From contig NC_068983.1 of the NCBI RefSeq assembly GCF_001194135.2, forward strand, positions 79,904,578-79,968,577: 64,000 nt of DNA. The letters are read 5' to 3'. Positions 1 to 13,700 of this stretch are shown here, piece by piece; the stretch's first letter is position 1, and every line of letters starts with the position of its first letter. Position numbers and translations under genes: made by a program. The stretch is from Octopus bimaculoides. Lineage: Eukaryota. The notes beneath the pieces were generated by a model. It searched no databases, had not been told where the DNA came from, and saw nothing but the letters and a program-made list of their open reading frames with translations.

Positions 1-69
<69 letters not shown>

Positions 70-110
70 CGTGTGTGTGTGTGTGTGCGTGTGTGTGTGT
101 GTGTATGTAT
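1..110. repeat. Compound (TA)n/(TG)n microsatellite
   Basis: Directly visible dinucleotide run at the window start. Confidence 0.97.
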
Positions 111-1309
111 AAAGGAAAATTTCACATGAGTAAATTGATATTAAAAACAAAAGTAGAAAATGCTTTGAGAACTTAATCAAGAGTAAAGAAGGGAAATATT
201 TACGTTTTAATCAAAATATGATATGAGTTCCAACTGTTTATGACAATTTTGTCATGCAGTGACTAAATAGTCTTAAGTGAATTGAAACCAATTGCATATT
301 TTAATAAAAATGTAAATATTTTCCTCCTTTTATATACAGTAGTTCTCAAATTTTTCTTGTTTTGTTTTTAAATTATAAGCATATGCTCTACTGTACCTTG
401 CAGTATGAACCAGGAGGGGAAAAAGCCATGAACTCATCACCAGATGATTTATTGGAGGTTATAGAATGATTTTGCTGTCTGTGATACCTAATTAGTTCAG
501 AAATTATGATAGCTCTTAGTATCTAACATACAAAGTGAGTTAATTTAGAACTGCTTCCCTTATTGATGACAAAAATATTTTTTGTCTTTGTACAAATAAA
601 TCCTTTTACAGTGTGTGTCCGAAGCGTTATGCCATTGAGCATAAACTGTGCAATATAAATATAGTGATTATAGAAAATGTGTGTCAGGAGATACAAATGA
701 ATTGAGAAAATAACCACATATCAAAAGCATTGACTAATTTATGTAAATAGCTGGTTGTACTGGTAAAGTTATGCGATGCAAATGGATGATCTATGTTCCG
801 TGACAGATTATCATGAAATAATAATCAAAACTTGGAAGCTAAAAGGCCAGAAAGTACTACAATGATGAGCTGATGCAATGTCACTAAGTAGTACTTGATA
901 GTATAAGAGAGTGGACATTATATTGATAAGTAGATAGTAAATATTTATTTTGCTAGGCTGGATTTGTTGCATTATTAATGGTGGTCTTATGTAAGTCATT
1001 ATGGATAAAAGCAAAACCATAAGAAACTATAGCATGAACTAATCATTTTTATATTTATTACTTTCTTTTTGTTTTCCTTGTTTCAATATAATTTTAACTG
1101 AAGTTAATGGACAATTCAGTGTTAAAGGTTTTATATATTTCATTATATACATGTAAAACTTATAAGAGAATGAAACTTCATTGACACGGGCATTAATATA
1201 TCTGTGCGTTTATGTGTGTGTGTGTGTGGTGGGGTGTATTTATGTGTTCAAGTATAAATATATATATATGCACTCATGCACACACATATATGGATGGGCA
1301 GACAGACAA

Positions 1310-1465
1310 GCACAGGCATTATTGTGTAATTAAGAAGTTCATTTCAGAGTCATGTGGCAGTGCTGGCTGATGTCTTGTACTATGGCCATAGGCTAACCAA
1401 TGGTCTGTGAGTGAATTGGTGGCCAGCGAGTGTAAGACCTGTCATGCATGTGTGTATGTATGTTT
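1310..1465 (+). mobile_element. Degenerate tRNA-headed SINE (family A)
   Basis: Remnant blocks 'taagaagttc', 'gtcttgtactatggcc..ggctaaccaa', 'tgtgagtgaattggt' are collinear with the better copies at 18982-19423 and 47641-48100, followed by (TG/TA)n. Confidence 0.55.
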
Positions 1466-1554
1466 GTTTTTATGTTCAGTTATAATAAAAACAATTTTAC
1501 ATTAATTTCCTGATTTTTTACATTTACAAAACAATTTTACATTAATCTCACTCG

Positions 1555-1850
1555 AATGATTTTCTAACGTGCCACCAGCACAAGTGCCAGTAAGGTGACG
1601 CTGGTAACGATCATGCTCATATGGTGCTATTTACATGCCACTAGCACGGAGGCCAGACAGCTGCTCTGGCAATGATCACGCTCGGACGGTGCTGTTAGTA
1701 CTCCACTGGCACAGGTGCCGGCCATCAAATATGGTTCAATTATGATTTCGATTTCACTTGCCCCAACAGGTCTTCACAAGCAGAGTTTAGTGTCCAATGA
1801 AGGAGAGGTTGGCATGGGTGCCAGTCGTCGAATTTGGTTCAATTTCGATT
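1555..1850 (-). mobile_element. RTE-family 3' UTR fragment with three ~66-bp units
   Basis: On the minus strand, cores like GTGCTGGTGGCACGTTAGAAATC and GTGCTAGTGGCATGTAAATAGCACC recur at about 1557, 1623 and 1688; same core as at 62686-62900. Cut by (TA)n and the gap. Confidence 0.7.
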
Positions 1851-1867
1851 ATATATATATATATATA

Positions 1868-2465
1868 NNNNNNNNNNNNNNNNNNNNNNNNNNNNNNNNN
1901 NNNNNNNNNNNNNNNNNNNNNNNNNNNNNNNNNNNNNNNNNNNNNNNNNNNNNNNNNNNNNNNNNNNNNNNNNNNNNNNNNNNNNNNNNNNNNNNNNNNN
2001 NNNNNNNNNNNNNNNNNNNNNNNNNNNNNNNNNNNNNNNNNNNNNNNNNNNNNNNNNNNNNNNNNNNNNNNNNNNNNNNNNNNNNNNNNNNNNNNNNNNN
2101 NNNNNNNNNNNNNNNNNNNNNNNNNNNNNNNNNNNNNNNNNNNNNNNNNNNNNNNNNNNNNNNNNNNNNNNNNNNNNNNNNNNNNNNNNNNNNNNNNNNN
2201 NNNNNNNNNNNNNNNNNNNNNNNNNNNNNNNNNNNNNNNNNNNNNNNNNNNNNNNNNNNNNNNNNNNNNNNNNNNNNNNNNNNNNNNNNNNNNNNNNNNN
2301 NNNNNNNNNNNNNNNNNNNNNNNNNNNNNNNNNNNNNNNNNNNNNNNNNNNNNNNNNNNNNNNNNNNNNNNNNNNNNNNNNNNNNNNNNNNNNNNNNNNN
2401 NNNNNNNNNNNNNNNNNNNNNNNNNNNNNNNNNNNNNNNNNNNNNNNNNNNNNNNNNNNNNNNNN
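1868..2465. other. Assembly gap (N run)
   Basis: N run flanked by (TA)n and (CA)n. Confidence 1.

Positions 2466-2515
<50 letters not shown>
2466..2515. repeat. (CA)n microsatellite
   Basis: Directly visible. Confidence 0.97.
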
Positions 2516-2518
<3 letters not shown>

Positions 2519-2631
2519 CATGCACTCTGTCTCTCCTTCTCTTTTCTCTCTTCACTGTTCTTTTTCTTTCCATTTCTCTTACCCCTTCTCTTTCTCTTTT
2601 TGTCCCTCTCCCCCTCCCCTTGTATGTGTGT

Positions 2632-2790
2632 ATTATCATCATCATCACCACTTAATGTCCATGCTCCATGCTGGCATGGTTTTGATGGTTTGACCAGTTG
2701 AAATAGGTTCAAAGTCTACAGTGTACTCCAGTGTCTGCTTTGGCATGGTTCTGTTATGACTGGATGGCCTTCCTATCACCAACCACTTTA
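2632..2790 (-). mobile_element. Old RTE-type 3' end with (GAT)n tail
   Basis: (ATC)n followed by 'ttaatgtccatgctccatgctggcatgg..ttgatggtttgacc' and 'ggatggccttcctatcaccaaccac', the reverse complement of the tail at 17790-18015. Confidence 0.75.
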
Positions 2791-2999
2791 CAGCATGTGT
2801 GTATGTATACACACACACACACACACACACATACACACACCCACAAACTGAAAAGCTGCCACATTCATTTAAGTTGATTTATGATATACAAAAACTTTTT
2901 CTTCGAGAATGGACTAATATGAGGAAACTAATTATAAGCTCATGTACCATGGACTTTGTCTTGAGGTAAAGGATTTGACCAATAACAAAATGGCTGCTA

Positions 3000-3305
3000 T
3001 GAGGTATCTTATCCCAAACTAGTACAAATAGTTCCTCACTGCCGAAGAATATGTAAAAGCTAAAGCAATTCAAAAAGTGCTAATTATTCTCACAACATGT
3101 CATTCAGTTTCTAAGTTAAATATAATTATTTAACCAATATCCAGCTTGTCTGTTCTCTGTATGCCTTTCATTGTTATACTCCTTGGCTTGCATTTCACTG
3201 GTCATAAGAACTAATGGTAGCCCAAATTTGTGGCATATGTAAGGTGAGTCTATAAGCCAGGAAGACATGTGAACCATCACACAGAAATTCACATCTAGCA
3301 GTAGT

Positions 3306-3383
<78 letters not shown>

Positions 3384-3890
3384 CATACATACATACATAC
3401 ACGCACACACACACACATTAGTTGTTGAGGATGGCGTGGGACATTTCTCAAGAAATATTCTTCTGCTTGTCTTTATCCCAGTACAGTATTAAGGAAACAG
3501 TTCTTTTCAGCATTCGAGGATATCTTGGGACCCTTTAGAATGTTGGTGTTGTCTGCAGCCAAAACGTTGCCCTTTGTTGTTCATACTAAGCCAAGCATTT
3601 TCTTCGTTCCAGTAAAGACTTTCTGAAGTTATGGACATTTGCATAGTTTTGAAACTCTATTGCTTTGTCTTGCTATCAGTTCTGTATTTCTTTCAGTGAG
3701 TTTGAAACTGGTGCTTCAGGTTTTAATAATAAGTCTTTTTACGTCAATATTTGAATGGTCCCTCATCGTATGTGGGTTCTTTCAATCCACATGTATGCTT
3801 TTCTCCTTACACTTGTCTTTGGTAGCTTTTGAACTTCCTCTCAATGATCTAGATGTAGATATTAAATCGACTCTTTAACATAACTAGATT
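3000..3890 (-). pseudogene. BovB-like RTE LINE ORF2 fragment (EN-RT linker and part of RT), inverted half
   Basis: Minus strand reads LKEIQN**QDKAIEFQNYANVHNFRK, where TGA TAG are decayed WW codons; this matches the RTE linker motif (WW..KA.EIQ.YAD). Below the microsatellite, KFGLP...MQAKEYNN...RQ resembles RT motifs 3-4. The lower boundary is approximate. Confidence 0.65.
3305..3418. repeat. (TA)n/(TACA)n/(CA)n microsatellite
   Basis: Directly visible. Confidence 0.97.
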
Positions 3891-4800
3891 TTGATTCCAT
3901 GAACTTAACAACATCCAATGCATTTCACATCTTCAAAAAAAATTGCAAGGATAATAATTTTACTTTCTCTCACACACACACACATCACAAATTTCAGCAA
4001 TCAGTCAACAGCTTCACTAGTGCATATGATCACTTTGGCCTGAAAACCAATCTCCCAGATTTCTACCTACATCACCATCTCTTATATATATATATATATC
4101 TTTGTAGCAAGTTAATTACATTCCTTACCTTGAAAGTCTTCTTGCCAACAAAGGTACTTCTGAAAAAGTTGGTTGCTGATTACTGAAATAGAAAACTGGA
4201 TCAACATTTGGGAACTAGTTAAATAAATCTGTAATAAGAAAGATCTAAATCAAAGATTGAAGCTGATGGTTTATCAAGCTGTCATCATCTCAACATTACA
4301 GTTGTGAAACTTGGACACTGTAACATCAGAACATCAAAAAGCTGGAGCATTTTCTGTTAACAAAAGTTCTGTATAACCAACAGTATTGTCTTTGAAAAAG
4401 CTAATAGTCAAAGCATAGAATCCATCACTAAACATTGGCTACAATGGTCAACACATGTGGTTAAAATAAAAGATTTCCTTGTCAAATATTTTTCAGTGCA
4501 TTAACCTCCCAGAAAAGATGATTGTTTCCTCTCCACCATTACAAAGAGGAGCTAAAGTTAACCCTGGAAATGGTTGGAACTGAAAGAAATAAGGGGAAAC
4601 TGAAGTGCAAAACTGTTCCAACTGGTGTTATTGCATCTCCATGAGAACCAATCTTCTTAAAGTGAAAAGAAAACAAGTTGAAGGAAAATGTAAAGAATAC
4701 ACAATGCAACGTCGTCTACTTCACCACCAATGCTTCTTTGTCATCTTTGTTTCTGTCTGTTTCACAACTGGCTTAACCTTCCTAGGTATAATCTCCATTA
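3890..4800 (+). pseudogene. BovB-like RTE LINE ORF2 3' fragment
   Basis: Plus frames read SHT..FQQSVNSFTSAYDHFGLK (after RT motif 5), PYLESLL (F.YLGS), LKLMVYQAVIISTL..CETWTL, KHWLQWSTHVV, and a decayed C..C motif near 4740. This is the order expected in an RTE ORF2 C-terminus. Confidence 0.7.
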
Positions 4801-7800
4801 ACACAGAAGAACCACTCAATCCGGAGGAAATTGATATTTTTGGATACAAGAATCTATGAACAATGTGTGTGTGTGCATGTGTATGTGTGCGCATGCGCAT
4901 GTATACACGTGTGTGTGTGTGTATTTTTTGTATATATACTTGTGATGGAGACAAAGATTGTGCTTATTATTTTTCAAGCTGAAAAAAAAACTATATCTGA
5001 CGAAATCTATATTTTACAATATTCAGGTAATGAGGTGTAACTGTGACTATTATAGTCTTTCCTTTCCATTTAATACTTTTCATATTTAATTTGATATATT
5101 AACCCTAAGTCTGACAGCTGATGCAAATAGGTGTGCAGAAATGTATTCATGCAGCTTGTTTTAAATGTACAAAAGAAATTTGTTTTATTTCTTTTATATT
5201 AAAAGTTGTTTTGGTTTTTAATCTATTATTTAAGAGCTTTCATGACATATTTTCCTGAATATATATATTTTTTATTACAAATGAGTTGTAAACTAATTTG
5301 TATTGACATCACAAAAATTGTTTCTAGTTGCAACAGGATAGAGACTATAAGGAATAGAGATATTACCATAAATGTCCTTTAAACTAGTAATAATCCAACT
5401 GAAGATTAGTTTTGGAAATTATGTAGCAGGTGTACAATGAAATTTCTGTACTTGTAATGACTTTATTTTTGCTATGTCTCATATTTTCCAACTGAAATTA
5501 ATTAACTGAAGAATTCTTAACTTAAACAGTTTGCTTTATTATTTATTTTTTCCCAAACATTCAGGTTGAAATTTATTTACTTGCTCAGTTAAAAATTAGT
5601 CTGTTCATAATATTTTTGGATTAGTTTTTTTTTTATTGAAGCAATACAAGGCCTGTTTTTGTTCGATAGTTTATTCATGTGACACCACTAGGTTACTAGC
5701 TTTGTGACCATGACTGAACAAAAAAGGAAAAAAGCTATGGTAGAATTTTAGCATCATGCAGTTTGCTTTTATTTTAATTTTTTTTTATGAAAGCATTGCT
5801 GTCTCTTCAGAAAAATTACACATATAAATAACATCTTCTTCATCATTATAAATGTTGCTGTTACACAACACTTGATTATCAAGTAAAGGATGAGAAAAGT
5901 GTTAAACCTACCATAAAATCAAATTCGAATAAACAGAAATGACTGTAAAATAGTAAAAAAAATGTTTTCAGGTGATGTGCTTTGGCTATGTAGAATCATC
6001 AATGGAAACTGGTAGGGTCTATAAACAAAGCTTTTATAAAAACTATTGATTGCACAGCATTCACTAATCTTTCAGCTATGATATTCATCCACAGGGAGTT
6101 GTGGATCATATTTATCTGTTTTCCATTTATTAGCTAACATATTTCCATGTTCTGCAACCTCTAAGATCTGTGAAATGAAAATAAAAATTTATGTTCCTTG
6201 AAAGAAGACATTTTACATTCCAAAAATTAAGAGAAAAGGTTTTACACAAAATCCAAGTTACCATAGCAATCAGTATTCACACTGGACAAAATTTTGGAAA
6301 TGCAGTCTACGGTTTTAGTAATAATAAAGGCATGGAACATTGATCTATTCCACAGTGATAGCCCTATTAGTTATAGTTCTCTGTTAAAAGATAAAGTATT
6401 AAAAAACAGTGCCCACAAACCACAAATGAAAAGTGATATGCATAACAAAAAGCAAAGAACAGATATAAAAAAAGACTAAAACCACTGATATTACTCCCAT
6501 CTTGGAGAGTTGTTTAAATACTAAGAAATAATTTCTACCCTTCTAAATATGAATGTTTGATAACTACTATTGAGAATTTCCTGAAGCTAATAAATTCTTC
6601 CTTTTACAAGTATAAAATCATGATGTTTTAGGAGTAAAACATTGAATCTATTGACTCTCTTCTCTGTCTATGGTTTCTTTGGTCTTTAAAAAATTTTTTT
6701 TTTGATAACCCATTTCACAAAAATGGCTCATCTGTTTCTCATTAAATTATATACCAGTATAAATCATTTTGAGTTTTAAAATATTTAACCCATATCGGTT
6801 ACGACTTGACTAATTTCAATGTGTGTGTTTTCAAGATATTAATATTACACACTGTTACATCATGATTGAAATGATCTATTTGCCAAACTGTCATATCTGC
6901 ATATAAACGACTTGAGTTCTTTTAACATGTGCTATAAAAATATGCCAAAACGTTGAAGTATATTTGTCATAATGTATTCGCTGTCAAAGCTTATTTTGAA
7001 AGTAATAGCTGGCAAAAAAATGTGACATTTCTTCTAGATGGATAATGATGAAGAGGACAGCTTTTTAGGCCTTCTTGCTTAGAATGAACTGTAAGGAGTG
7101 AGATTATTTCAGTTGACATTTCATTTGAATTATTGTTGCTAACTACATGGAGGAAATATAGAGAGAGGTGGAAGAAATCATCCTAAGAGGGAAAGGACTG
7201 GTAAAAAAGGGCTTTGTACACAATTTGAAAATTGATAGTGATTTTCAAAAGTATAGATACAAGTGACTACATTGCATTTGTTTAAATATGGTGGAATAGA
7301 GTTAACAACTTCTAAGGGGAAGAGACCAATACAGCATAAGTGAAAAGATGCAAAGAGAAGATATGGTGAATATTTGGTTTCATGTTGCTGAGCATCACTG
7401 AGAGTTTGCTATTTTTCTTTAGTATTGTCAGAATATGTACAATAATGACAACAACAACAATAATAATAATAATATGGGTGGTATTAGTACTTATTTCATC
7501 TGAAATATGTGTCATATTACAGACTACACTTTCTATAATGACCAAAGTTATTCATGATGTAAAAAATAGTCATTGGCTCAAGACTAAAAATGTGAAGACT
7601 TGGCAATAACTTAGGCTATACCTCAAGCAAATTTTACTGTGAATTTGTTGTTATAGGTAGATTTTACTGTAATATATAGCTATTTTTTGCATTATTCTAT
7701 TTATTGTACTAACTAATTATGTACTACTATTATTTTTTATAACCTATTTTCTAATTTTTAATTAATAATTAAAAAAATGAATTTTTTTAAAGTGCAAAAA

Positions 7801-9644
7801 ATATTTTGAGTTATTTTTTAAATTTTTAATAGAAGTAAAAAGTAATAACAAATAGAAGTAATAACTTGTAATAACATTTTTAGTTTTAATAAAAGCTAAT
7901 ATTTTCTAAATCTAAATATTTTATTTGAAACTTTATCCTTAGCTGCAATATTTTAAGTAAAAATTTTCTTGTTCTGTACTTTATTAGATGTAATAACTTG
8001 TCCTGAACTTTTCCAAATGTAATAACTTGTCCAGTACTTTCCAAGGTTTATAATCTTAAGTATATAATTTCTCTTGCTTGCATTTTTCTATGTAATTCAA
8101 GTTTGTTTTTCTTTTCCTATTCTGAAAAGGAAACCCAATCTACAGAAGATAACATTGCTTATTTGAAGAATGTTTCATCTTGTGAAAGCTTCTATCTTAT
8201 GTGCCCTCAAGTTGTGTTCTGCTTATAGCAATTTCATGGATATGTCATGTCCATTATTGCCTATTTCTCACACATATCTAATTTAGTTTATCAATCTGTT
8301 CACTTTCTTCATTTCCTGAGAAATCATCTTTTTCCACTTGAACCTTTAGTTCTTCCTCTGCCATCATAACATGACCAAAGAATTATAATCTTTGTTTGAT
8401 AATCAATGCTTCCAAATTACGCTTGGTTTTCATTTGCTGCTTTATTCATGTATTTGTTGTTCTTTCTATCAAAGATATCTTCAGTAACCTTCTCTAGTAT
8501 CACATTTCAATTCCATTAATTATCAAGGATTAAAAATACATTTTTAGGTTATACAAAGGCATCCTAAGAGAATTGGTTCGTTTTTTTTTATGTATATTGC
8601 CCAAGTTTTAATGATGTATTGGTTGGAACATGTTTTCTTGAAATGCCTGACATTAATTTTTTTGCTGCTTTTGAATTAGATTAGATTCTCAAGTCTTTGT
8701 TCCAGTTTTTGTTCCCATATTCAATGTCCGAAAGTTGAAAGAGAAATGCATCACTTGCTTAAGTTTATGTATAGTGATTAGAGATGACAGAACGTTGTTA
8801 ATGTAGGTACAGTGTAGAAGGAAATATAAGACTGCAGTGAATACTCTGATTGATAGACTAGGTTGGATTTAATAGCTAGTTGCAAGCTTTGCTAATACCT
8901 AGAGCAGGTAGGTTGTTTTTACTAATATTCTTGAGAAAACGAGATCATGTAGATATGTGTATGTTTTTTATATATATGCATAATTGTAATAATGTTGGAT
9001 CTGGTAAGTCATTGTGGTAAAACGCATTTGGTTCGTCTTTAGTACAGACATGACTTGTAAAGAACATACAGATGACTCAATAATTGATTGTTAAATTTAT
9101 CAATCACTGCATCAGGTACAGTTCATTCCATATCAAGAATGAACATAAAATTCTAATAAGATGACATGTGTTATACAACTCAATTTCGAAAGCAACAAAC
9201 ATTGCTTATAATGTGGTAATTAAATCTATAAATAAACGGGATGGAGGAGATAGTCAAGTATTACAACTGTTTCAAAAGCAAACTTGTTGCATCTTACATA
9301 ATATTACAAATATCTTGTGGCCATTTAGTGTACTTTTCCATCAGGTACATACAACTGTTTAGTTGAAAACAGTGATGCACTCTCCAGAGTGCAAAAGGAA
9401 GCAGGCTAGAAGATAGAATAAAAAAAGTGAGAGTGCAGATTGGAATTGGTAAAACCCAATGGTGTACCTTGCTCACCAGTTACCTTTGCAAGATAGGAGT
9501 GTGGCTTCATTTCTTTAATAGCATACTCAAATTATTGTAGTGGATTATAATCTCATTAATGTACATGTGATATCAATGATGAGTAGCTAGTGCACCAAAA
9601 GCTGGGATAATTTTTGTTTAGGATAAATATGAGTAGTAAAAGCT

Positions 9645-9960
9645 CAATGGCTATGTGGTTAACAAGCTCACTGCATGCCATCTTGGACAAGTGTCTGCTA
9701 CTATAGCCCTCAGCTAACAAAAGCATTTTGAGTGGATTTTGTGGACAGAGACTGAAAGAAACCTGTCTCCTTTGTGTGTCTGTGTTTGTCCTTGTCTTGA
9801 CATTGCATGAAAGTTGTAAGCAAGTGCCCCCATGATACAAGTGTTGTCAATCATTTTCAGTCTTCCATGAAAACATGTGCAACTATGAGGGAAAATTACT
9901 TCACTTGGAAACAGGTTAAAGTAAGGCATCTAGTCATAGAAAATTTGTCTCAATGAACTC
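9645..9960 (+). mobile_element. SINE family A with RTE-type tail segment
   Basis: Head 'tggctatgtggttaacaagc', core 'cttggacaagtgtctgctactatagcc', then 'actgaaagaaacc', a (TG) linker and a tail 'cttgtcttgacattgcatga...' shared with 47880-48050. Confidence 0.75.
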
Positions 9961-10379
9961 CAGTGGGTGTTGCACCGACTAACTTTGGAAGTGGAAACAG
10001 CCATAAAGAATGTTATGTCATGTTTTGTATTAAAAAATCAACCAATCAACCAATGTGGTTCAATTTGTTTTGTATGTTGATCAAAAGTTTTCTCCATTTT
10101 CTGATTATTTATGTGTGTGTGTGTGGTGAATTGGATTCTGCAGTAACTTTTATCTGCACTGAAGAAAATACTACAGAGTGTAAAAAGTGGTTGTTTGGAA
10201 TTATTTCCATTAATTCCAAGATATTGAGATATCAATGATAACCATAGTACATTATTTAATTTAGCAAAATTCTAGATGCTGAAGTTGTTTTCAGTATGGG
10301 GTACTCTGTTTTACATTTCCAGTTTATGGGTAAGTGTTCACAGAGGATGATGCGTTAACATGTTCAGTTAGATGTGTAC

Positions 10380-10700
10380 CAATTTGAGACTATCAGATCC
10401 TTTTACTTTGATAACTCTAATAAAGAGGTTGTTGCACTTGGCAGCTGTGAATCTATAGTTAGTGTGTTTATGATGATTAGGTTAGAGAAAGGGAGTCCAA
10501 CAGAGGATTTGTTGTATGTAAAGAGTAGATGGAGACAAAACATGCAGTGAATATGGATGAATCACTCTACAGGGGTCATGTTTAAAGAGCCATCTGGTTT
10601 GAAGAATGGCAGGTGGGAAGAATCATCAAAGTTGGGTGAAATCCTTTTAACAAGATACCAGGATGTGCCTGCAGCTGCTGAGAGCTTGCATGCAATGCAT
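10380..10700 (-). mobile_element. Possible very old CR1/L2/Jockey-group LINE linker fragment
   Basis: Minus strand reads HLPFFKPDGSL..PVE, resembling the IPPL..DGS..P.EKA linker motif. Heavily decayed. Confidence 0.3.
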
Positions 10701-13700
10701 TACACAAAGCGTATTTTCTCTCCATAGTTCCTTAGAAATGAGCTTACAGAAGAATGAGATAGTGGACATTTTTTTTTCCCACCCATCTATCGTAGACTGT
10801 CATTCTAAGCTGTACAGTAGCAGAACACTCTCATCAAAATTATGTGGAAGCTGCTTATTTATGGAATTTATAGTGTATGTAATGTAAAGAGACATACAAA
10901 AGATTATTGTCTCCATAACTTGTTTGGTTGTACTGAATAGCCTCAGAGTGAAAACCTTTCACTGTCAATTGTAGTCAGTGCAGAATATATGCAAATAATG
11001 TGCATTTGGATAAATATTGGTTACATATAAGTAGAAAGCATTTAAGAAATATCTTGAAAAGTTGTCATCATAAGAACCTGTTATTTTGTTACTACATTAA
11101 TATATTTCTCTGATATTACCATGAAAAGCCTAACATTTCATATTTGTGGTTCTAAAATGAAAAGAGATAAGTTAGGGAGTTCTTCTTCAGTATTAGAATC
11201 ACAGGTTTCAGAAATTTTAAATAAAATTACAATGTCAAATCCTTGAAACATTCTTGAAATGTAGATAATGAAAAGAAATCCTCGAGAGCCAGCTTTAGTT
11301 TCTATACATTGTGGTTTTATAACATGAATTCATGATAGTGAAGTGTGCTAGCTATTTGTGTGATCTTATATATACACATAATCATTTTCTGTGGAAGCGA
11401 GTAATACTGATGTTAAGTTGAGCTTTGTGAAACTCTCATTGTAATATGCTCATAATATGAATGCATATTGTTGACTGCTTGTGAAATAAAATATGACAGA
11501 TGTAAATGTGCTCTGATATATGTATTATATAATGGAGCATCAACATTGTGGAAGGGACAGTTACTGACTTACGTTTCTAACGAAACAGAATTGTCAGGAA
11601 AATAGGGACTGAATTTTATTTCAATATGTTAATAGCTTTCATACAATTATAATTTGAAAATTCCTGAGAATTATTTCTTGGTTAAGTTCTGTATAGCAGT
11701 AAAGTTGAATGAAATAAATTGTGAATGCTATCAACTACTTTAATATCATTGGTTTATTAATGCTAAGACAGTTTGCTAATGCTAAGCTTATTTCTACTCA
11801 TTGAAATCATATTTCTGATACCCCAATGCTTTTGAAAGGAAGTATTTTTTAAATAATGCCAGGCTTCTAAATACCATATGATAATAAATTTTAGGAATCT
11901 AATGCAGAAAAAGCACCAGTTTTTTTTTTAATTACTCCTTTTGTCACATAGATTATATAAATGATAACTACATAGGAACTTTTATCAATTTCCTCATATA
12001 CACAAAGATTATTTTCTGTTTAATCTATAGAGAAGAAACAGTGAGAACATGAAGTAGGTTCAGCTAGTTTTAGGTCTAGATCTAAGAGATACTTGGATGG
12101 GGTTAAGAGGGTTGAGAAATTCTGAAAGATAGGTAGAAGGAAATTTTCAGGAGGATGCATTTTGGGGGAAGAAGAAATGAGAAATGTACAGAATCTGTGA
12201 AAAGATGAAATACTGAAATACTGTGAGGGGGATTGGAAGAGGAAGTACTATTAGAATTTTTTTTTTTTAGTATGTACATCATCTATGTTCTAGTGTTGCT
12301 GAATGGGACTAGAGTACTGTGTCCTCATTGTAGAATATTCTTGTGAAGTTCCTGTTCATGGAAGATGTTGATGTATGACTGCAGATAATTATATGTTTCA
12401 GGCAATATATATGTAGAAATTAAGAAAGATTTATGGTAAATAGTATAATCTATGTAGGAGTGTGTATGTATGTGTGGATTTGGTTGGAAGTAACAATACA
12501 TCAGTTGCTAATGAAGATAAGGCACACAATTGGATAAAAAGTCAAGCTTAGAATAGTGCCTTATTTAAAGGTCTCATCTATACAATCTACTTTAGAATGA
12601 CCTGACACAGAGCTTATAATTCTGATGGTTAGTGATTACTTAATCCTATCACAGAGTTAGTAACATTTCTTCTTCATTTTAAATGCTAACAGGATCAGCA
12701 ACACTCCTTTCCTAGAAGTCCCCAAGTACAAAAGACCACTAGAGTCTAAAATAATAGAATCTTTTCTTCAGACAAAGACTTCTTGTAATTACTAGGTGAA
12801 AAAAGATATTCCCAAATGTTAGGAAGATGATTGCATATTGTTTGAACAACAGAAAAAATGCCTGTTGGTATTTCTTTTGACACCTTACATTCTACATTCA
12901 AATATTTCCTGAGTTGCATAGTGAATTGGCAGAATCATTAGTGCATCAAGCAAAATACTGTTCTCATAATATATTGAAAGCCTTCAACGGATTTTGGTAC
13001 ATAATACACCTTTAGCCTACAGAAAGTGGTTCACTGGATGCTCTTTTTTCATTGGGGCAAATAAAAAAAAATGGAGTAGCTATGGTTAATGTAATAACAA
13101 TGAAAAATTAATTGATGTTTCAAGTTCAAGTGTGCACCAAGGTGACTAGAGGTGAACCAAATCTAGTGATTCGCAATGCTCTCTTATAATGTGTTTCCAA
13201 TAGAAAAAATTTGAAGTGCATTGCACTAATTATTTCATAATTGACAAAATTATGTCAGTTATGAAAAACTGAAATATATTAATATGCAAGTTAATTTGTA
13301 TAATTTCATTTCATTACTCTTCTAATTGTGAACTTCTGTAGCATATTTGATTAATTAGAATCCAGGTTGTTACGGTTCACTTGTGTTATTCATGTTCACA
13401 TGACACATAAACATTGACTGTTCAGGTAACAAGGAAGCCACTTTTCACTCACTCAACTTGATAGAGGTAGCAACCAATTCTCCCTCAAAAAGCATATTAC
13501 CATCTCGAAATAAATAAAAGTAAATAAATAAATAAAAATATATATATATATATACTGGATAATGTAGTGCCTGATAAACAGTAATATGGTTTATCAGTTT
13601 CTACATTATTTTCATGCATGATTTATGAATCTGGTGTTTGTGTGTTGTATCAGGAATTATCGCACTCCATTGACTGAGGTATTGAAAATTGTTACAAATA

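Noticed and set aside
1488-1546. 19-bp direct repeat AAAACAATTTTACATTAAT; also a ~29-bp duplication near 7989-8045
   Set aside because: Ordinary local slippage duplications in AT-rich DNA with no element between them.
1715-2701. Long ORFs of 220-328 aa in the ORF track
   Set aside because: They span the N-gap and dinucleotide repeats (YIYI, HTHT, VCVC) and are artefacts. The same applies to ORFs over the other microsatellites.
4115-4170. Minus-strand 31-nt exon candidate with good splice sites (TTTTTCAG ... AAG|GTAAGG)
   Set aside because: It is the antisense of the RTE F.YLGS region, so the motifs are probably coincidental.
5099-5400. TTAA-CCCT start suggesting another piggyBac MITE
   Set aside because: No matching AGGG-TTAA end with a complementary TIR was found nearby.
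10295-10329. Small exon candidates bounded by AG/GTAAGT-type motifs (also near 9004, 23455, 36562, 51120)
   Set aside because: GTAAGT-like hexamers are expected many times by chance in 64 kb of AT-rich DNA, and no recognisable protein or consistent phase chain links them.
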